A DNA stretch of 64,000 nt from Octopus vulgaris (Eukaryota), in assembly GCA_951406725.2 (NCBI GenBank), contig OX597820.1, positions 47,740,001-47,804,000 on the forward strand, written 5' to 3'. This document shows, piece after piece, positions 13,023 through 26,512 of this stretch. The position numbers and the translations under genes were made by a program. Each line of letters begins with the position of its first letter. The stretch's first letter is position 1. Under the pieces are notes generated by a model that did no database searches, had not been told where the DNA came from, and was given only the letters and a program-made list of their open reading frames with translations.

Positions 13023-13525
13023 GTAATCTTTTGTACTCTAAGCACAACTGGTACTTAATTTTTGGACTCCGAAACGATGAAAGGCAAAGTTGGCCTCGGC
13101 GGAATTTGAACACAGAACGTACAGACAGATGAAATACCTATTTCTTTACTGCCCACAAGCGGCTACACACAGAGGGGATAAGCAAGGACAGACACATGGA
13201 TTAAATCGATTATATCGACCCCAGTGCGTAACTGGTACTTAATTAATCGACCCCGAAAGGACGAAAGGCAAAGTCGACTTCTTCTGAATTTGACGTAGCG
13301 GCAGACGAAATACCTACTTCTTTACTACCCAAAAGGGGCTAAACACAGAGATGACAAACAAGGACAGACAAACGGATTAAGTCGATTATATCGACTCCAG
13401 TGCGTAACTGGTACTTAATTTATCGACCCCGAAAGGATGAAAGTCAAAGTCGACCTCGGCGGAATTTGAACTCAGAACGTAACGGCAGACGAAATATCGC
13501 TAAGCATTTCGCCCGGCGTGCTAAA
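13023..13525 (-). mobile_element. SINE family B trimer (one head, two young-tail units, terminal old-tail unit)
   Basis: Tandem ~180-bp units joined at gaaatac/ctatttc; 13023-13046 is the reverse complement of the old tail ttgtgcttagagta.aaaaga. Confidence 0.88.
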
Positions 13526-13549
13526 GTTATTTTTAATATTTTGTGTTCT

Positions 13550-13753
13550 GTGGCTGTGTGGTAAGTGGCCTGTTTACGAACCTCATGGTTCCGTCTTCAA
13601 TCCCACTGCGTGGCACTTTGGGCTAGAGTCTTCTACTATAGCCTCGGGCCGACCAAAGCCTTGTGAGTGGATTTGATAGACGGAAACTGAAAGAAGCCCG
13701 TCGTATATATGTATATGTATATGAATATGTATATGTATATATATATATATATG

Positions 13754-13799
<46 letters not shown>

Positions 13800-14008
13800 T
13801 GTGTCTGTGTTTGTTCCGGCCAACATCGCTTGACAACCGATGCTGGTGTGTTTACGTCCTCGTAGCTTAGCGGTTCGGCAAAAGAGACCGATAGAATAAG
13901 TACTAGGTTCACAAAGTATAAAGTCGATTTTCTCGACTAAAGGCGGTGCTCCAGCATGGCCACAGCCACAGCCAAATGACTGAAACAATTACAGGAGTAG
14001 AAGAGTAA
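13550..14008 (+). mobile_element. SINE family A, near full length
   Basis: Colinear with 7712-8128. Confidence 0.9.
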
Positions 14009-14914
14009 ACAAATTATTGCACATAAATTTTAACAATAAAATCTCATATAGACCCCAAAGGACCATAAGGACTCCAGTTGAGAACCACTGTGTTACAGAA
14101 TCCGGAGAACTAGCCTTATAAGACTACGGCTTAGGAAAGATCTTTGAACCCGTTTTTTTTTGTAGTTTTCGTTGGCTGTAGTTATAGTGGCATGGTATTA
14201 GCGAGCGTTGTAATAGTGGTGGTAGTAATGGTCCTATTGCTGTAGTTGCTAACTCTTGCGGTTCTTGTTATTGATCTTTAGCCCCAAATCAGCCCTGATC
14301 GAACAGAACTGTGATCATATATATTCCAGCTATGGCTATCGGTAGAACTGCAACACGATAGAATATGACTTAAGTGAGACTTGGGTGTTATTTCTAGCAG
14401 ATAGAGCATTCCTTTTGAGGATCTCTCGTTAATATGCTTGGTATTATTGTTGTTGTTGGTGCTGGTACTCGTATAGTGGGAAATGGTTCTTATGGTGTAA
14501 TAGCAGCTGAAACAGCAGCAGCAACAGCAGTATTTGTTGTTGTAGTTATAGTAGAAGTTGTAATAGTTGTTGTTACACCTATTATTGTTGTTTTTAGTTA
14601 AACGGAGGTGGTGGTGGAAGTGGTAGTGTCGTTGGTGGTAGTTTTAATGTGACACTCTACAGGAAAGCGAAATACACGTAGAAAAATCAACAGGAACGAC
14701 AACAACAACAACAATATCAACAAGAGAAACAGCAACAACAACAACGGCAATAAGAAACAGCTACAACAATAACAACATATAACTGCAATAATATCAAGTG
14801 CAGCAACAACAACAGTTGCATCAACAACAGCAACATTAAATGCAATAGCGACAATAAAAAAAAACCCATCAGCGTAAACGTTCAAAAACGGCAAACGCAG
14901 ATAAATCTACAAAA

Positions 14915-15225
14915 CCATCATGATCACCAGCACCACCACCATCACCGCCGCCACCGCCACCGCCACCGACACCACCACCACCACCACCACCTTTACCGCG
15001 TTAACCATTACTCACACTAACTACCAACACCACTACCATCACCACCACCACCACCACCACCACCACTACCACCACCACCACTACCAACGCCACCAGCACC
15101 ACCACAAGCACCACCACTACCACCACCAACCACCACATTCAACATAACCACCAATACTATATCACACCCTTCTGCCAAGACTACCACCGCTACTACCGCT
15201 ACCGCCACTATCATTATTACCACCT
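14915..15225. repeat. (CAC)n-rich degenerate microsatellite
   Basis: Seen directly. Confidence 0.9.
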
Positions 15226-15464
15226 AGGCTATTACGAACACCAGCACCGAAACAATCACCATCACCATCTTCGTTCCCCTATTTCCCTTCCTTCTTCCTT
15301 ACTTTTCTGCTCCTTGTCTTTCTCAATCCTCTACTCTTTTACCTTCTCCTCTTCCCCATCGGTATCATCATCATCATCACCAACAGCAGCGTCATTAAGC
15401 ACCAAACACAATAAGGGGCAAATGGAGTCAACACCATCATCGGCAACAAAATGTCAACGACTAT

Positions 15465-15556
15465 ATCATCATCATCATCATCATCATCATCATCGTCGTC
15501 GTCGTCGTCGTCGTCATCATCATCATCATCATCATCATCACCATTATCATCATCAC

Positions 15557-15603
<47 letters not shown>

Positions 15604-15738
15604 CCATCATCATCATCATCGTCGTCGTCGTCATCATTATATTCATCATCACTATCCTCGTCATCGTCATTATCATCGTCGTCATCATCATCACCGTCAT
15701 CATCGTCGTCATCGTCGTCATCGTCGTCGTCATCATCA
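15465..15738. repeat. (CAT/CGT)n microsatellite
   Basis: Seen directly; source of the poly-His/Ser/Asp/Met ORFs. Confidence 0.95.
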
Positions 15739-16064
15739 ACAATGGGTTTACTACAACGAAAATACATGAACTACCAAAATCAAAGTCAAATAAAAGAATC
15801 AAATAAAGAAAAGACAAATATAGAAATAAAAAAATATGGTAAAATGTAACATTCGAGAAAGCACTTAGTGAACCTAAAATATTTTCTTTCTCACAATCTT
15901 TCTTCTCTCTCTGTCTCCCTGTGTCTCATTCTTCATCGTTTAATTTCGTCTCTCCTTCTCCCTCTCTCTGTCGCACGCTCTGTCTCTCTTTTCTTCTTTC
16001 ACATTTTATCTTACTGTCTATCACCATACATGCATGCGTACGTTACGTAGGTACATGTATTGAT

Positions 16065-16203
16065 ACGTATATATATATATGTATGTATGTATATATGTGT
16101 GTATATATATATATGTATATATGTGTATATATGTGTATATATATATATATATGTACACATGTATATATATGTATATGTATTATCTACATATATATATATA
16201 AAT

Positions 16204-16239
<36 letters not shown>

Positions 16240-16282
16240 GCATATATGTGTGTGTGTATGTATATATGTATATGTATGTATG

Positions 16283-16330
<48 letters not shown>

Positions 16331-16345
16331 CACGCATATATATAC

Positions 16346-16427
<82 letters not shown>

Positions 16428-16431
16428 GTAT
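16065..16431. repeat. Compound (TA)n/(TG)n microsatellite
   Basis: Seen directly. Confidence 0.95.
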
Positions 16432-16712
16432 GGAGAGACAGGGAGAGATAGGAAGAGGAATAAACTTCGCAAGTAGTTGGAGTGAAATACAGGGAATGTA
16501 AATGGTGTGGAGAAAAAGAGTACATTGAGAGATTAAGTGCATGTACGATTGTTTGTGTATACACACACACACACACACACACACAATATATATATATATA
16601 TGTGTGTATATATGAATGCATTTTAAAAACTTCCATAGTCACGTATTAGGTTCCCATCTATTCGTTGGTGTATGTAAACGTAGCTATCTACTTACATATT
16701 GCAATATGTCTG

Positions 16713-16745
<33 letters not shown>

Positions 16746-16800
16746 CTTAAACTGCTTACACAATTATGCATGTGTATTTATATATGTATGCATCTAAAAA

Positions 16801-16838
<38 letters not shown>

Positions 16839-17234
16839 ACATAAACTCATACACCTATACACTTAAACATACAAAATCTCTTACACATCTTTCTTACATT
16901 ACGTCTCACATTCTCTCTTCACTATTCTTTCGCGCTTGCATTCTCTATACCCTTTCTGTCTTTCTTTCAGCCTCTCTACTGTACCTTTCCAAATATCTTT
17001 ATTTATCATCTCGTCTTTTATCTACCTACTTAACTGTCTCTCATCTCTCCCTAAATCTAGCTTCTCCACGCCCCTCTACTATTATCATTGTGTACATCTC
17101 TCTCAAATCACTCTTTCGTTCTTCCTCTCCACCACACACGCAAGCACTTGCAACGCCCCCTCAGTACATGCATATACCACCCCCTACATGTATGTATGTC
17201 TGCATATATGCGCCGATATATATATATATATATC

Positions 17235-17422
17235 GGCACAGGAGTGGCTGTGTGGTAAAATTAGCGGTGTGGTAAGCTTGCTTCCAAACTACATGGTTCC
17301 GGGTTCAGTCCCACAGCGTTGCATCTGAGGCAGATGTCTTCTACTATAGCCTAGGGCCGGCCAAAGCCTTCTGTGTGGATTTGATAGCCGGAAACGTAAA
17401 GAAGAACTTCGTGTGTGTGTAT

Positions 17423-17458
<36 letters not shown>

Positions 17459-17670
17459 GTAGTTGTGTATCTGTGTTTGTCCCCCAACATTACTTCTCAA
17501 CCGATGTTGGTGTGTTTGTATCCCCCTAACTTAGCGCTTCGGCAAAAACACCGATAGAATAAGTACTAGAGTTACGAAGAATAAGTCTTTGGGTCGAATT
17601 GTTCGACAACAGGCGGTGCTCCTGCATGGCCGCAATCAAATGATTGAAACAAATAAAAGAATAAAAGAAT
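17235..17670 (+). mobile_element. SINE family A, full length
   Basis: ggcacaggagtggctgtgtggtaa head through the aataaaagaataaaagaat tail. Confidence 0.9.
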
Positions 17671-17712
17671 ATATATATATATAGACAGATGGTTAGATAA
17701 ATATTGCATACT

Positions 17713-17761
<49 letters not shown>

Positions 17762-17885
17762 TCTCAAACACACACAAATATATATAAATATATATCATAT
17801 AAGAAATATGTATGTACTACATACTTCTGTGTTTCCGTGCGTGTATATATATACATATATACACACATCTCTCTCTCTCTATCAC

Positions 17886-17927
<42 letters not shown>

Positions 17928-18029
17928 TGTATGTATGTATGTATGCATTATCATACATATATAAGGCGGTGCTCCACCATGACCGCGCTCCATCAACTGA
18001 AACCACACAAAGAATAAAGGAACTAAAAC

Positions 18030-18672
18030 AATATATGGAGGACACTTGTCCTAAGCCACTTTGACTATTGCTTTCAGCTATGGTCACCATCCAGGGTCAA
18101 GTTAATCACAGAACTTGAGGCGATCCAACGAAGCTACACGAAGAAGATAGCCTCTGGGCAGCATATAAGCTACTGGGAAAGACTCAAGAGATTGAGACTC
18201 TATTCCTTAAAGCGTAGGCGAGAAAGATATGCCATAATATACATCTGGAAGATCCTAGAATGACTTGTCCCAAACTTTGGCATCGAGAGTTACACAAATG
18301 CCAGAACTGGGCGCCACTGCATAGTGCCAAGGACTCCAAATTTGCCATCAAGATGTAGGACAAGATACTGTGATAGCTTGGGCTTCCGAGGCCCACAGCT
18401 CTTCAATATCCTCCCGAAGAACCTAAGAGACCTGCATGGGGTGGATGCAGATGTCTTTAAAATAAAACTGGATCTCTTCTTGTCAGGTGTCCCAGATTAA
18501 CCAACTTCACGGCAAGAGGTGCAGATGAGGGCAGCTGCATCGAACTCTCTCATGCACCAAATAGCAATTGCTAAAAAGCATTCGTGAAGTAAAATCATGT
18601 AGCAACACCAAATGGCGGTGTCCCAGCATGGCCACAGCTTGTGAGCTGAAACTAGATAAAAAATAAAAAAAA
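18030..18672 (+). mobile_element. CR1-group LINE, 5'-truncated (ORF2 C-terminus + 3' UTR)
   Basis: Translates WRTLVLSHFDYCFQLWSP...LEAIQRSYTKKI...SYWERLKRLRLYSLKRRRER...GPQLFNILP...FKIKLDLFL with in-frame stops; A-rich tail. Confidence 0.88.
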
Positions 18673-18674
18673 TA

Positions 18675-18828
18675 TTGTGAGGTAAGGAGTTTGCGTCTCA
18701 AGCATATGGTTCTGAGTTCGGTTACACTGCGTAGCACACAAAAATAGTGCATTTAATTATAGCCCTAGGCCGACACAAGCCTCGTGACTGAATTGGGCAG
18801 GCGGAAACTGAAAGAAACTTATAGTATT

Positions 18829-18859
<31 letters not shown>

Positions 18860-19052
18860 ACACGTACACACATATGCAGGTATTTGTGTGTTTGGGTTTG
18901 TCCTACACCACTGCTTGACAACCGCTGTTCATATGTTTACGTCCTTATAACTTAGTATTTTCGTAAAAAGAAACTGATATCATATATACTGTTGTTCGAC
19001 TAAACCCTTGAAACCGGTACCCCAGTATGAGCGCAGTATGATAAGTGAACGA

Positions 19053-19055
<3 letters not shown>
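18675..19055 (+). mobile_element. SINE family A, degenerate
   Basis: Colinear but diverged relative to other SINE-A copies. Confidence 0.7.
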
Positions 19056-19090
<35 letters not shown>

Positions 19091-19092
19091 AA

Positions 19093-19200
19093 CTAGCAGA
19101 GATACCCGGCGCTGCTCGGGGTTAAAGTGGCATAGTTTTTTTTATTGTTTTAATTGTTTCGGTCATCCGACTGCGGCCAGAATTTATTCTATGTGAGTAT
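19093..19200 (-). mobile_element. Helitron 3' terminus fragment
   Basis: Minus strand reads cccgagcagcgccggg (hairpin) tatctctg CTAG|t. Confidence 0.7.
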
Positions 19201-19329
19201 AGTACATATTTTATCGGTGTGTTTTGCGAAACGACTAAGGGGACGTAAACACATCAACTTCGGTGGGAGTACAACATGACAGGTGTACAAATACACACAC
19301 ACACACATATATATATACATACATATATA

Positions 19330-19395
<66 letters not shown>

Positions 19396-19626
19396 AAACC
19401 ATTGCGACTGAAGAAGGGGTTTTTTCTTTGTGTTAATTGTCCTGTACTCTATTTTTTTGTTATTTAAAAAAATGTCCAGTTCTTTTGGCTTGTGTCTATG
19501 TTTTCGTTTCCCGTTGTGTTCGACGTCTTTTTGGTGTCCTGTACGCATCTATGCGTGTATATGTACATGTAGAGGTAGGTACGTACATATATGTTTATAT
19601 ATATGCATATTTTTTTTTATTTATTA

Positions 19627-19657
<31 letters not shown>

Positions 19658-19671
19658 CATATATATGTCTG

Positions 19672-19742
<71 letters not shown>

Positions 19743-19743
19743 C

Positions 19744-19788
<45 letters not shown>

Positions 19789-19807
19789 GTATATATATAT
19801 ATATATA

Positions 19808-21625
19808 CTAGCTGGTGTACCGGGGAGGGGGTAAAAATTTTCTATTGAAACGTCTTATTACTCTGATATAAGAATGCAATTTCGTTATAACTGCCACAAA
19901 ATGTGTATTATCCTTCGCGAAAATGTACAAGATGCTGCCAGCTGAAGGAGGGAGTGGTTGTTGGAGGTTTTAGAGAAAGTACTATGACTCGTCGTGTCAT
20001 TTTAAAGGTGAACTTTATGAAGGCTAATTCATTAAAGGTAATATATAAATGTAGTATATATGTATATAAATATATGAATGAAGTGTTTAATGTTTAAGAA
20101 TGAAATAAAGAAAGTGCAACAATAATGTTCACACTCACTGATTGTCGCTCTCAGCTAACGAAGTTCTTGCTTTTGTAACTATCGAAAAGCAGCCAGAAGG
20201 ATAAACATATTGTTGAGAACAAATGATTCCGTTGGAGGTCTGTTATCTCCATTCCAGCCCCTGGTTGCCTAGAAGAGTTTAGAAGGCTTAAGTGGCAAAG
20301 ACATTATTCTTCTTAGGGAAGTCATCAGGGAAATTTATAACTGCTGTCATTCACAGAAAAACTATTGTTTTATCGTGAGGAAAGCGCTGTTGAAGTGTTA
20401 AGTGAAATTTGGCAATCGAGGATTGGATTCACGCTATGCCTGCTTGAAGCCACTACAAATATGTTGTGGAATAAAAAAATAGCTACTGTCATGGAAAAAG
20501 TGTAACTGTAAAGATGCAGAATTATTGGAGTAATGGGCATTCAAAAAAGTATGTATGTATAGAAATGTATGAATGAAGTCTTTAAGGTTTAAAATTCAAA
20601 TCAAAGAAGTGCAATAATAATGTTTAGAAGTTCAAAACCGAATAGTGTAATGCAGAAATAGGTCGGCTGATCGTGAGAATCAAATATTGATCACTTCGCT
20701 AAAAACTGCAGGTTATTTCCCTTTGGGTTGTTTAAATAAAATATTAGTAATATGTAGTAGATAGAAGGATCCATTGGAGGTGCCTTATTATCGACTTTTT
20801 TCAACAATCTTAGTATGTCACGACGTTTCCAGATATGAGTTCTACTCACGTGTCAAATAAAGTATAAAAGTGATATTATCTGCAAAAATTAGAAATTGGA
20901 CACACAAAAAATCAATATTCAAAGTAATCGAACATAAACAATGAAACCTATAAAATATTTCTAAATTCGATGGCTCAATTAGTTTCATGAAAATGTTGTA
21001 TGAATTGTAAATAAGAAATAAATATTATGAATTGTAAAATAAGTATAAGTGATACAGGGTGTCCCAACTGAATGTAGGAGTTTGGTTTCATTTTTAAAGA
21101 ATCTTAAGCATTTAAAGTATGACTTCCTTGTATTGGGACGCACTTATTAAATACGTTCTGGAATCAAAAATTTTATGAACTGGCATCGAAAAATTTTTAC
21201 TGGAAAAATGCAGAATTATTGAAAGTGTACATGCATCAAGAAAGTGCAATAATAAGGTTTAGCAGTTGAAAACTGAGTAGTGAAATGCAGAATTAGGTCC
21301 GCTGGTCGTGAGAATCAAATATTGATAGCTTCGCTAAAAACTAACGACCGTAAGGGCAGGTGGCATTGGTTATTTCCCTTGAGTGTTTAAAAAATATTGT
21401 GCAGGTGCTATGGGTGTTTAAAAAATTAGTTATATGAGGTAGACATAAAGATCCCTTCCAGGGGCCGTATTATCGATTTTTTTCAACAATCTGAGTATGT
21501 CATGAGGTTTTGCTGACATGAGTTCCACTCACGTGTCAAATTTCATCAAGATCAATAAAATGATGTAGGAGTTAGCTAAAAACGTCACAAACAAAAACAC
21601 ACCGATTTTCCACATATGTAGTAGA
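19808..21625 (-). mobile_element. Non-autonomous Helitron (~1.8 kb) with internal duplications
   Basis: Minus-strand 5' a|TCTACTA at 21625 and 3' CTAG|t at 19808; A/T insertion site, no TSD; subterminal hairpin appears lost. Confidence 0.65.
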
Positions 21626-21632
21626 TATATAC

Positions 21633-23321
21633 ATCATTATCATCATCATCATCATCTCCATCATCATTTAATACTCGTTGTCTATGCTGTCATGGGCTGG
21701 ACGGTTTGCCCAGACAGGTACGCTGGAAGGCTGCACCAGACTCCAGTCTGATTTGGCATAGTTTACAACAGCTGCATACCCTTCGTAACGCCAACCACTC
21801 TGAGAGTGTAATGGATGCTTCTACGTGCCACAGGTACGGGTGCCATTTGCATGACACCGGGGTGCTTTTACGTGCTACCGGCATCGGTGTTAATTTGCCT
21901 GACATTAGTGTCTGCCACGACTGCAATTTTGCTCGCCTTGATGGGTCTTCTTCTCAAGCAGGATGTAATGCCACGGGTCTCGGTCATTGCTTCCGTGAGG
22001 CCCAATGCTCGAAAAGAACTCAGCCACTTTGCCTTCATGAGGCCTAACGCTCGAAAGGTGGTCTTTACATGCCACCAGCACGGGTGCACTAGGCTTGGCA
22101 GGTCTTCTGAAGCACAGTACATCTCCAAAGTTCTTGGTCATTAGTCATTGCCTCTGTGAGGCTCAAAGTTCGAAGATCATTCTTCACCACCTCATTCCAT
22201 GTCTTCCTGGGTCTACCTCTACCACAGGTTCCCTCCACAGTTAGAGATCAGCACTTCTTTACACAGCTGTCCTCACCTATACGCATTACATTATCATACC
22301 GGCGCAGTCATCTCACTACATTTGATGCCTCTTACCCCTAACTTTTCTCTCAAGATGCTTACACTCTGTCGAACATGCACACTGACACTGTACATCCAGC
22401 GAAGCATACTGGCTTCATTTCTTTCAAGCCTACGCACGTTCCTGGCTGTAACAGCCCATATCTCACTCCCATTCAGCTTAGATGTTCGCAAACAGGCATC
22501 ACACAATCTGCCTTTCCCTCCGAGAGAGAGGCCCTTAGTTGCCAGCAGCGGTAGGAGCTCTCTGAACTTTGCCCATCTTAATCTTATTATCACAGCTACG
22601 CTCTCGGAGCATCCATCTCCACTCCTACCTTGGTAACGGAAGCTAACTACTACATCTAGTTTGCCTCTCTGGCAGTTGATGGAATTTATTTTCTGCCCAT
22701 TTTCAGCGTTTATTGTACCTGAGCATCTTCCGCATACAAAGGCTAGTTTCCCTGTTAACCTGCCCCTGATATTGCTGGACCTATTATGTGTCCAAAGCTT
22801 ACATTGGGTGCATTTTATGGAGTTTCTACCTACACCTTTTCTACAGATTAAGGAGAGCTATATACTTGAAGGGATTTGTGATTTGTCTGCCTTCTTACCA
22901 AGACTTTGGTTTTTGCTTGATAAACTCTAAGGCCCTTTTATTTTAGACCTTGCTTCCATACCTGGAACTTCTCTAGTTCAGGTAGTGATTCAGCTAAAAG
23001 AGCAAGGTCATTAGTATAGAGGAGCTCTCAGGGGCAGCCTATCTTGAATTCCCCTGTTGAATAACAAGGCGCCGAGGACTGATCCTTGGTGAACTTCTAA
23101 TTTTACCTGAAATTCTTCTCTGTACTCATTACCAACCTTCATTTTACTGGTAGCATCCTGTACATAGTTTGTACAGCTCTGAACCACCACTCATCTATCC
23201 CTAGTTTCTGTATCGAACACCAGACAAGGAATCGGGGGACTCTGTCAAAAGTTTTCTCCAAGTTAACAAAGTCCAGGTAAAGAGGTTTATCCTTGGCTAT
23301 GTATTTCTGCTGTAGATGTCT
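21633..23321 (-). mobile_element. RTE-type LINE, 5'-truncated, decayed RT to 3' UTR with (ATG)n tail
   Basis: LYLDFVNLEKTFDRVP, QGSVL, ELLYTNDL (YADD-equivalent), SFRYQG, NGSEIWAVT...LERNEASMLRW motifs; frameshifts. Confidence 0.92.
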
Positions 23322-23373
23322 CACAAAGAATATAGCATCAGTGGTGCGCTTCTCCCTGGTCCAAACTTATATA

Positions 23374-23423
<50 letters not shown>

Positions 23424-23559
23424 TATATAAGTTTGTACCATATATATATATATATGCATATATAAATATATACATATATGTATATATAAATATATATATA
23501 TATATATGCATATATAAATATATATATGTGTATATATACATATATATACATAATTTATA

Positions 23560-23875
23560 TTTAATTAATCGACCCCGAGAGGATAAAAGGCAAAGTCGAC
23601 CTCGGAGGAATTTGAACACAGAACGTACAGACAGACGAAATACCTATTTCTTTACTACCCACAAGGGGCTACACACAGAGGGGATAAACAAGGACAGACA
23701 AACGGATTAAGTCGATTACATCAACCCCAGTGCGTAACTAGTACTTAATTTATCGACCCCGAAAGGAAGAAAGGCAAAGCCGACCTCAGCAGTATTTGAA
23801 CTCAGAACGTATAGACAAACGAAAACCCGCTAAGCAATTCACCCGGCGTGCTAACGTTTCTGCCAGCTCGCCACC
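23560..23875 (-). mobile_element. SINE family B dimer
   Basis: Head at 23875; same tail/body junction at ~23640. Confidence 0.88.
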
Positions 23876-23899
23876 TACGTATGTTATCAAGATGTACGT

Positions 23900-23900
23900 G

Positions 23901-23997
<97 letters not shown>

Positions 23998-23998
23998 A

Positions 23999-24046
<48 letters not shown>

Positions 24047-24047
24047 C

Positions 24048-24111
<64 letters not shown>

Positions 24112-24175
24112 GTCTGTATATCTGTCTGCCTGCCTGCCTGCCTGCCTGCCTGTCTCTCTCCGTCTCTCTCTCTCT
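23900..24175. repeat. (TATC)n grading into (TGCC)n/(TC)n
   Basis: Seen directly. Confidence 0.97.
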
Positions 24176-24619
24176 CTATATCTCTCTCCCTGTCTCAGTC
24201 ATTCCCTTTCCATCTTTGTATCGATCAATTTATATGTTTCGTTTGTCTATCATCTCAAATTTATCCGAAACATTCCCATCGGCTTCATGTCTTCACTTCT
24301 TTGTCCCTTTCTTCACAATTCTCTTTTCCCCTTTTTGCGTATCCCATTTATCCTTTTACAGCAACATCTCTTACATACACATACACACACACACACATAC
24401 ACGAAGGGTGGAAGTGAGAGTGAGACAAAGAGAGAGAGAGAGAGAGAGCCAGATTTCGTTTACTTTCACTTCTACTAGTCTCTCATTCATATTTTCATCT
24501 TCCTCTTTATACTTGTATCTTCTTTTCTTAAAAACTCAATACCTGATTGAGTCTTGTATGTTTGTCTTTCATTCACTTGCTTCTCTCTCTCTCTCCGTCT
24601 CCCTTATTAGTATCTCTCT

Positions 24620-24650
<31 letters not shown>

Positions 24651-25021
24651 TACTTTCTTACGCACTCATCTCATATTCTTTCTCTTTTCTCTTTCCTTTT
24701 ATTATCAATGTTTAAATGTGTGTGTGTGCATGTAAGTGTGTGTGTATACATAGATATGCAGTTGCATTTACGTGTATACACAAACGCGTACACACATGCA
24801 CACGCACGCACACACAAAGAAACACACACACAAACATATATATATATATATAAATAGATATATATGCATATATATAATCAATGTACATCTGTACACAAAC
24901 ATACACACACGCACACACGCAAACATAAACATACAAATACGTATGCGCATAAACGTATAATTCTTCGTATATCGCTTCTTATACATTCATGTATATATGT
25001 ATGTATAGATATGTGTACGTA

Positions 25022-25128
<107 letters not shown>

Positions 25129-25254
25129 GATTAATAGATATGCCTATACAAATATAAATATGAATACATATATATATATATATATATATTCGTGTGTGTA
25201 TGTATGTGTATGTATGTATACAAACACACACACGCAAACATACACACACTCACA

Positions 25255-25750
25255 CATGCACCTATAAACATGCGTGCACACGCTTTTGTACGTATGCGTG
25301 TATAAACACATTATTTTTGTCAGAGTGCATATAATATAAAATCCGACAAAAAGTAGTTGCTGCACTCGCTGCAATGCACTCAGTGTCATGCACGAAGCAA
25401 ACACACAGACAGACTGACGTGAGCAAGATAAAAGAAAAGGCGGCGGTGTTGGTGGCTGCACATTTCTGGTGCAAAGACAGGAAACACACTTAGAAATTCC
25501 AACACACGCCCACAAGAGAATGCCATGCATTCTAGGTGCAGTCACTCTGCTCTCACATCTGTGACGTCATCTGCACGTCGGTGCACTAGTTGAAATAAGT
25601 CAGAATGCAATATCGGTGCAGTAAAGTTTTCTATAGCTGCACATGCAGCATAATGTACCTGAATGCACACACGCTCGCATGCTGCACACATAACATGCAA
25701 ATAAATGTATTTTTAAATGTGCAGCGTGACATAGCATTTCAAACGTGCAC
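25255..25750. promoter_or_regulatory. Candidate cis-regulatory island: homotypic TGCAC cluster with a full CRE
   Basis: 22 TGCA in ~495 bp, 17 of them TGCAC/GTGCA; TGACGTCA at 25562-25569; function inferred only. Confidence 0.4.
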
Positions 25751-25797
25751 CATGACATAGCTTGGTAGCTTATACGTAAATATTATTTATATATATA

Positions 25798-26200
25798 GGC
25801 GCAGGTGTGGCTGTGTGGTAAGAAGTTTGCTTCCAAACCGCATGGTTCCGTGTTCACACCCACTGCCTGGTACCTTCTACTATAGCCGCGGGCCGACCAA
25901 AGCCCGGTGAGTGAATTTGGGAGACGGAAACTGAAAGAAGCCCGTTTCACGCTATACATATGAATGTATTTATGTGCGTGCCTTTATGTTTGTGTTTGAC
26001 CATTGCTTGGCGACCGATGCTGGTGTGTTTGCATCCCCGTAACTTAGCGATCCGGCAAAAGACTTCGATAGAATAAGTACTAGGCTTACAAAGAATAAGT
26101 CTTGGGGTCGACTTCTTCGGCTAAAAATACCCTTTAAGGTGGTACTCCAGCATGGCCACAGTCAAATGACTGAAGCAACTGAAAGAATAAAAGAATAGAG
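25798..26200 (+). mobile_element. SINE family A, full length
   Basis: Colinear with 7712-8128. Confidence 0.9.
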
Positions 26201-26414
26201 GAATATTCTAAATAGTTTGGATATAGGCGGATTAATGCTAATAAACGTTAGCTTAAATATATATTTGCGATTGCAGAAATTGCAAATAAAGACTGAAAAA
26301 TAACCTCAATCATACACTGTATATTCGTTTCTTCTGTTCTATTATTCTTCTATCTCATTGTGTGTATTGTCTGTCTGTCTGTATGTATGTATATATCTAT
26401 GTATGTATGTGTGT

Positions 26415-26494
<80 letters not shown>

Positions 26495-26512
26495 ACACAC
26501 ATATATATATAT

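Noticed and set aside
14040-14090. hAT-like terminus ttgagaaccactg (and cagtgtttctcaa at 10160)
   Set aside because: Isolated short matches about 4 kb apart, without a shared 8-bp TSD or internal evidence.
15314-15849. Poly-His/Ser/Asp/Met ORFs (and similar poly-Tyr/Ile, YI/HT/CV ORFs across the window)
   Set aside because: Translations of microsatellites; no splice or domain evidence.
23796-24857. Longest ORF (353 aa)
   Set aside because: Starts inside SINE-B and runs through (TATC)n, (TC)n and (TG)n; it is open only because these repeats lack stops in this frame.
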